NCBI RefSeq assembly: GCF_023055435.1
Contig: NW_025964372.1
Span: 33,170,001 to 33,234,000, forward strand
Source of the DNA: Haliotis rufescens
Taxonomy: Eukaryota
Direction: 5' to 3'
DNA: 64,000 nucleotides
Shown: piece by piece, positions 58,401 to 64,000 of the stretch
Layout: each line of letters opens with the position of its first letter
Position numbering within the stretch: position 1 is the first letter of the stretch
Position numbers and translations under genes: made by a program
Notes under the pieces: model-generated
The model's input: only the letters and a program-made list of their open reading frames with translations
Told to the model about the DNA's origin: nothing
The model's database searches: none

Positions 58401-61400
58401 CATTCTACAAGTAGGTGGGATATACACCGGTAACATTGTACAAGTAGGTGGGATATACACTGGTAACATTCTACAAGTAGGTGGGATATACACTAGTAAC
58501 ATTGTACAAGTAGGTGGGATATACACCGGTAACATTCTACAAGTAGGTGGGATATACACTGGTAACATTGTACAAGTAGGTGGGATATACACTGGTAACA
58601 TTCTACAAGTAGGTGGGATATACACCGGTAACATTGTACAAGTAGGTGGGATATACACTGGTAACATTCTACAAGTAGGTGGGATATACACCGGTAACAT
58701 TGTACAAGTAGGTGGGATATACACTGGTAACATTCTACAAGTAGGTGGGATATACACCGGTAACATTGTACAAGTAGGTGGGATATACACTGGTAACATT
58801 CTACAAGTAGGTGGGATATACACCGGTAACATTGTACAAGTAGGTGGGATATACACCGGTAACATTCTACAAGTAGGTGGGATATACACTGGTAACATTC
58901 TACAAGTAGGTGGGATATATACCGGTAACATTCTACAAGTAGGTGGGATATACACCGGTAACATTCTACAAGTAGGTGGGATATACACCGGTAACATTGT
59001 ACAAGTAGGTGGGATATACACTGGTAACATTCTACAAGTAGGTGGGATATACACTGGTAACATTCTACAAGTAGGTGGGATATACACTGGTAACATTCTA
59101 CAAGTAGGTGGGATATACACCGGTAACATTCTACAAGTAGGTGGGATATACACTGGTAACATTCTACAAGTAGGTGGGATATACACTGGTAACATTCTAC
59201 AAGTAGCATGAGTAGGTGGGATATACACTGGTAACATTCTACAAGTAGGTGGGATATACACTGGTAACATTGTACAAGTAGGTGGGATATACACCGGTAA
59301 CATTCTACAAGTAGGTGGGATATACACTGGTTACATTCTACAAGTAGGTGGGATATACACCGGTAACATTGTACAAGTAGGTGGGATATACACTAGTAAC
59401 ATTCTACAAGTAGGTGGGATATACACCGGTAACATTCTACAAGTAGGTGGGATATACACTGGTAACATTCTACAAGTAGGTGGGATATACACTGGTAACA
59501 TTCTACAAGTAGGTGGTATATACACTGGTAACATTGTACAAGTAGGTGGGATATACACAGGTAACATTCTACAAGTAGGTGGGATATACACTGATAACAT
59601 TCTACAAGTAGGTGGGATATACACCGGTAATATTCTACAAGTAGGAGGGATATACACTGGTAACATTCTACAAGTAGGTGGGATATACACTGGTAACATT
59701 CTACAAGTAGGTGGGCTATACACTGGTAACATTCTACAAGTAGGTGGGATATACACTGGTAACATTCTACAAGTAGGTGGGCTATACACTGGTAACATTC
59801 TACAAGTAGGTGGGATATACACTGGTAACATTCTACAAGTAGGTGGGATATACACTGGTATTATTCTACAAGTAGGTGGGATATACACTGGTAACATTCT
59901 ACAAGTAGGTGGGATATACACTGGTAACATTCTACAAGTAGGTGGGATATACACTGGTAACATTCTACAAGTAGGTGGGATATACACTGGTATTATTCTA
60001 CAAGTAGGTGGGATATACACTGGTAACATTGTACAAGTAGGTGGGTACACACTGGTAACATTCTACGAGTAGATAACTTCCTATCATTCTTGTCCAGGTC
60101 AAACACTGCAGTGGTATTTTGGCAGTGGGCCAACCAGTCCTTCAATGCCCTTGTCAACTACACCAACCGCAACGCCTCGTTCTAATCGTGACAGATTAAT
60201 CACTCGTGTGTAGATTTTTCGGTAACAACCGAACACAGTGGTTAATCCTTTTTCTCCCATAACAATATGCCATAAAAAGTCGAGCTCGTAGTTGAAGATT
60301 TCCCGTGTTTAGTAACCACTTGGGATTCCCCCCAGCCTCGTTTTCGAATATGCTCAGTAAGACAACTGTACCATAAACAGGTAAAAAGGATCTAGCGAAG
60401 ACAACTCACACGAATTTTCCGTGACAGGCAAGCCACTTGTTAGCATTCATGTTATGTTTTTTGTTAACTATTAAAAGCTGATGGGGGTAACGTTTTGAGA
60501 ATTAGTAATGTGATTTGATATTTGTTAATGGTTTTGGATTTCTCGGCCCATAACTTTATTTGCATTCGTCTCGCCGTGACTATCATTCTCAATGCGCAAC
60601 ACTAAATAGGCCCACATTTTTAGTGTTTGTAAATACGTTATTCATTTATTTGTTCGCTAGAAACAAATGTTATAAACCCAATTAAGAGGAAATTAAATAT
60701 TTTCTTATATATTGTGAACTATTGTTAACGAAAAACAAGTGCCCAAAGGAACTGTGAGCAGGATTGATCAGGCAAGATTCTATGATTACCAACTCAGGCA
60801 ACTGATCAGCTGATTACGTCTTCTCAAATCCTTCAATCGATTGTAATATTTTTGGACGAATTTACCTCTTTAATACTAGTTTTACAGTGAATAATTTAAT
60901 GTGTAAAATGATGAATATTTCATGTAATCTTTTTTAAAATTATTTTTGTTCCTGAACATTGTGAGCCCATGTGTTTTTATGATATAAAAAAAACTTTTTC
61001 AGTGGACAGTTTTTCTTTTGAACATAATATTGAACATCATGACACCAAATGTTACAAAATGAGTCATCTAATTTCCCCATATTTGTGAATGACAAGAAAC
61101 AATGTGAATTTGACAAGCACAATAATTTTTTGTGTGTGAAACATAATTACATAGGGTAGTATGTAAACAATAAATTATCATTTCAGTAGTTCTACAAATA
61201 TTGGCATTTTAATACCCTTGTAATTTTACATTGTAATTTTACTGCAACAGTTACCTCCAAACTTTATTCTTTTGTTATTTTATCAGATTAGAAGTTAAGA
61301 CTTACTGATAAGCTAATTTAAAATTAACATGTTCTTAAAAATTGTTTTTATCTTCATGAAAACAAGACATAATAATAAATATGTATTTTAGTGACCTGTT

Positions 61401-63521
61401 CATATGTGATTTTTTTTGGCAAAAAGTATTAAAATTTAAATTAGATATGCTATTGTAAAGAAATGGGGTTTATGGTAAAATGTAATAAGAGGACCTCTTG
61501 TTGGTCATTTCTTCATCACCCATAAATTTCAGTTTTTCTTTACTTACCATGTTCTGAAAATTTACACATTAGAATAATTTAAGGTCTCTGATTAAAATAG
61601 CGACACAACTTTCCACTCCCAGGCAGCCAATTAGATTATGTGAAAAAAATAAACCACTGTAAACCTTGTAATAGGAGAATAATAAATAAAAATACATTTC
61701 TTATTTTGTCATATGACCAGTTTATCATCCCAAGAAATGCTAAATAATTATCATTAAAATTAAGCTAGCTATGCATATTGGGACTCTTTATCTGCTATGA
61801 TAATATAACAATTGCATTTCTAAAGAAGTGGGTTTTTTCAGTAATCATGGAAATAATAAATCTTTGGTTTAAAGAATATACTTGAGACAAACCTAATTCT
61901 ACATGTCTTAATACTCTGTATTGTCTGTAAATTCTGAAAATAATTGACTGTGATATTGAGTTTCTACCTAAAACTAATAATAAGAAATTAATTTTGAGAT
62001 TATTTCATCCTATCTAAAATACACAATATATTTTAAGATGCATAAATGTACATCATTGTTGAAAAAAAAAGAATATTGCTTTTAAAAAAAATACTTGAAA
62101 AGGTTGATTGGTGCCCACCATCTTTATCTTCATCATTTTGTCTGCTCCCTATAATAAATCAAAATAGTTAAGAAAAAATATAAATACATATATTACTTTC
62201 TGGAGTTTTAGATTTAGGTATGACTTAATATATTCAAGTTTTAACAGGGTAATGATCTTTTTTCATAATGAGTTTCTTAATTGTCCTGAGATAGTATGTT
62301 TAAATAATTGAAGTCTTCATGTTTAAAAAATACCAAATAATTATAGGCCAAAATACATTAATTATATTGATCTGGGTAAACTCCACCTGTTGAAAGGGGA
62401 AACAACTGCTGTGGTTGAAAAACATCTTGGTCGTGAGATGTACGGTCCGTCCGGCAAAGATTGATCGTTTCCTGCATTAAAATTGAGTATTGCTCTAGAT
62501 CCAAATTATCTGAGTGTTTATTTTCTTAAAATATGAAATTTAAGTCTCAATTATTTTAATAGATCTAGATCAACACTTTGTTGTAACCTGGCCGAAATTT
62601 ATGTGGTTGACAGTTGTTGTTTTTTAAAAATACCCAACAATATGGTTTGTTTCACTATTTCATCGGTATTTTTACATGAATTAATTAACTGTTTCATGAG
62701 CTTTGTTATTAGCCTTGAAAACGCCCAGTAAAGAATGTACCGAAGTTGCTCCCCTGGTCCCGTGATATCGATGCGGTATCTCGCTTCGGTTACCGTTTTC
62801 TCATTCTGCAACTGAATCTGGTACATTGGGAAGCCGAAATTCTCTGATATATCTCCACATATCACACCCCTTTTTCCCCCACAAACTGTCTCTCCGTCAT
62901 CAACTTTCGGCAATGGAAACATTGTCACTACGGTAATGTTTTGCCAGCTGGGGATTTCCTGTACTAGACGACCTCGGGTATCCCCGATCCGAAAATAGTG
63001 CCGTCAATTATTTTTAGCCAGCCAATCAAAACACGATGACACAACTCTCCACTCTCAGCCAGCCAATCAGATTGGGTGAAAAAAAATAAACCACTGCGAA
63101 TAAACCACTGCTGGCGATTGAAGATCAAGCCCTGTTATGGGAGAAACACTGGTAACATTGTACAAGTAGGTGGGTACACACTGGTAACATTCTACAAGTA
63201 GGTGGGATATACACTGGTAACATTGTACAAGTAGGTGGGATATACACTGGTAACATTGTACAAGTAGGTGGGTACACACTGGTAACATTCTACAAGTAGG
63301 TGGGATATACACTGGTAACATTGTACAAGTAGGTGGGATATACACTGGTAACATTGTACAAGTAGGTGGGTACACACTGGTAACATTCTACGAGTAGATA
63401 ACTTCCTATCATTCTTGTCCAGGTCAAACACTGCAGTGGTATTTTGGCAGTGGGCCAACCAGTCCTTCAACGCCCTTGTCAACTACACCAACCGCAACGC
63501 TGCATCAGACATCTCCACGAA
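55450..63521 (+). CDS. SFXN2: Sideroflexin-2 (5' part; continues beyond the window)
   Basis: Exons 55450-55601, 57431-57601 and 63423-63521: [31 protein letters not shown]...[25 protein letters not shown]...[25 protein letters not shown]. MSFQxPGGM, NRNAAS and adjacency to ARL3 point to SFXN2. Confidence 0.9.
57594..60070. repeat. 30-bp minisatellite, about 82 units, starting inside a SFXN2 exon
   Basis: Unit TT(C/G)TACAAGTAGGTGGGATATACACYGGTAACA; three 39-bp variants containing GTAGCATGA. Confidence 0.97.
60098..60175 (+). pseudogene. Truncated duplicate of SFXN2 coding exon 3
   Basis: Identical acceptor and 78 nt of exon compared with 63423-63500, except one synonymous AAT/AAC difference; lacks the last 21 nt and the donor; in-frame TAA at 60183-60185. 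Confidence 0.8.
60176..63146 (-). mobile_element. 3-kb AT-rich insertion with subterminal inverted repeats (Crypton-like, tentative)
   Basis: Perfect 14-bp IR TTTCTCCCATAACA (60251-60264) / TGTTATGGGAGAAA (63133-63146); CACTCGTG motif shared with the 20610 element; sharp boundaries against the exon copy and the 30-bp array. Confidence 0.6.
63147..63395. repeat. Second block of the 30-bp minisatellite (about 8 units)
   Basis: Same unit as 57594-60070, followed by the same intron tail as 60071-60097. Confidence 0.93.
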
Positions 63522-63762
63522 GTGAGTGAACCATGTTCCCTTTTATCTTTTTACTGGAGGTTGAGTCTGTGGGTCTTCAATACCCATGCTTGCCGTAAAA
63601 AGGCGACTATGCTTGTCATAAGAGGCGACTAACAGGATCAGGTTGATGGTTGATGCATGTCATTGTTTCCAACTGTGTTGATCAATGTTCATGATGTCAA
63701 TCAATGGATTGTCTGGTGCAAACTCAATTATTTACAGACCGCCATCATATGCTGAAATATTG

Positions 63763-63930
63763 NNNNNNNNNNNNNNNNNNNNNNNNNNNNNNNNNNNNNN
63801 NNNNNNNNNNNNNNNNNNNNNNNNNNNNNNNNNNNNNNNNNNNNNNNNNNNNNNNNNNNNNNNNNNNNNNNNNNNNNNNNNNNNNNNNNNNNNNNNNNNN
63901 NNNNNNNNNNNNNNNNNNNNNNNNNNNNNN
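63763..63930. other. Assembly gap
   Basis: Run of N. Confidence 0.99.
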
Positions 63931-64000
63931 NCGGACGAACGAACGAATAAATAAATATACACTTGATATGATGTTGGAAGCACAGTGTTTTTTGACACTA

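Noticed and set aside
57357-60050. 656-aa and 239-aa Cys/Pro-rich ORFs ([10 protein letters not shown])n
   Set aside because: Stop-free reading of the 30-bp satellite, antisense to a SFXN2 intron; no independent gene signals.

Overview
Eukaryotic, intron-rich animal DNA, not prokaryotic. The SINE/MITE repertoire suggests a mollusc, possibly an abalone-like gastropod (inference only). Six spliced genes can be rebuilt from GT-AG junctions with consistent phases: a compact 3-exon polypeptide GalNAc-transferase (+), CACYBP (+), an AhpD-family 'peroxidase-related enzyme' with a mitochondrial-type leader (-) head-to-head with IDH3B (+), and ARL3 (-) head-to-head with a sideroflexin, SFXN2 (+, incomplete at the window end). 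Introns contain SINEs, MITEs, a decayed DIRS retrotransposon and five large minisatellites, which account for most long ORFs in the supplied track (spurious). Most notable: (1) a spliced, bacterial-type AhpD CxxC enzyme sharing a CRE-centred bidirectional promoter with IDH3B; (2) a miniature LTR element whose LTRs contain a tRNA-like Pol III promoter, with a tRNA-Lys PBS; (3) a SFXN2 intron built from about 80 copies of its own splice donor; (4) a duplicated, truncated SFXN2 exon fused to a 3-kb hairpin/subterminal-IR element; (5) the ARL3-SFXN2 head-to-head arrangement also found in human. An assembly gap lies at 63763-63930.
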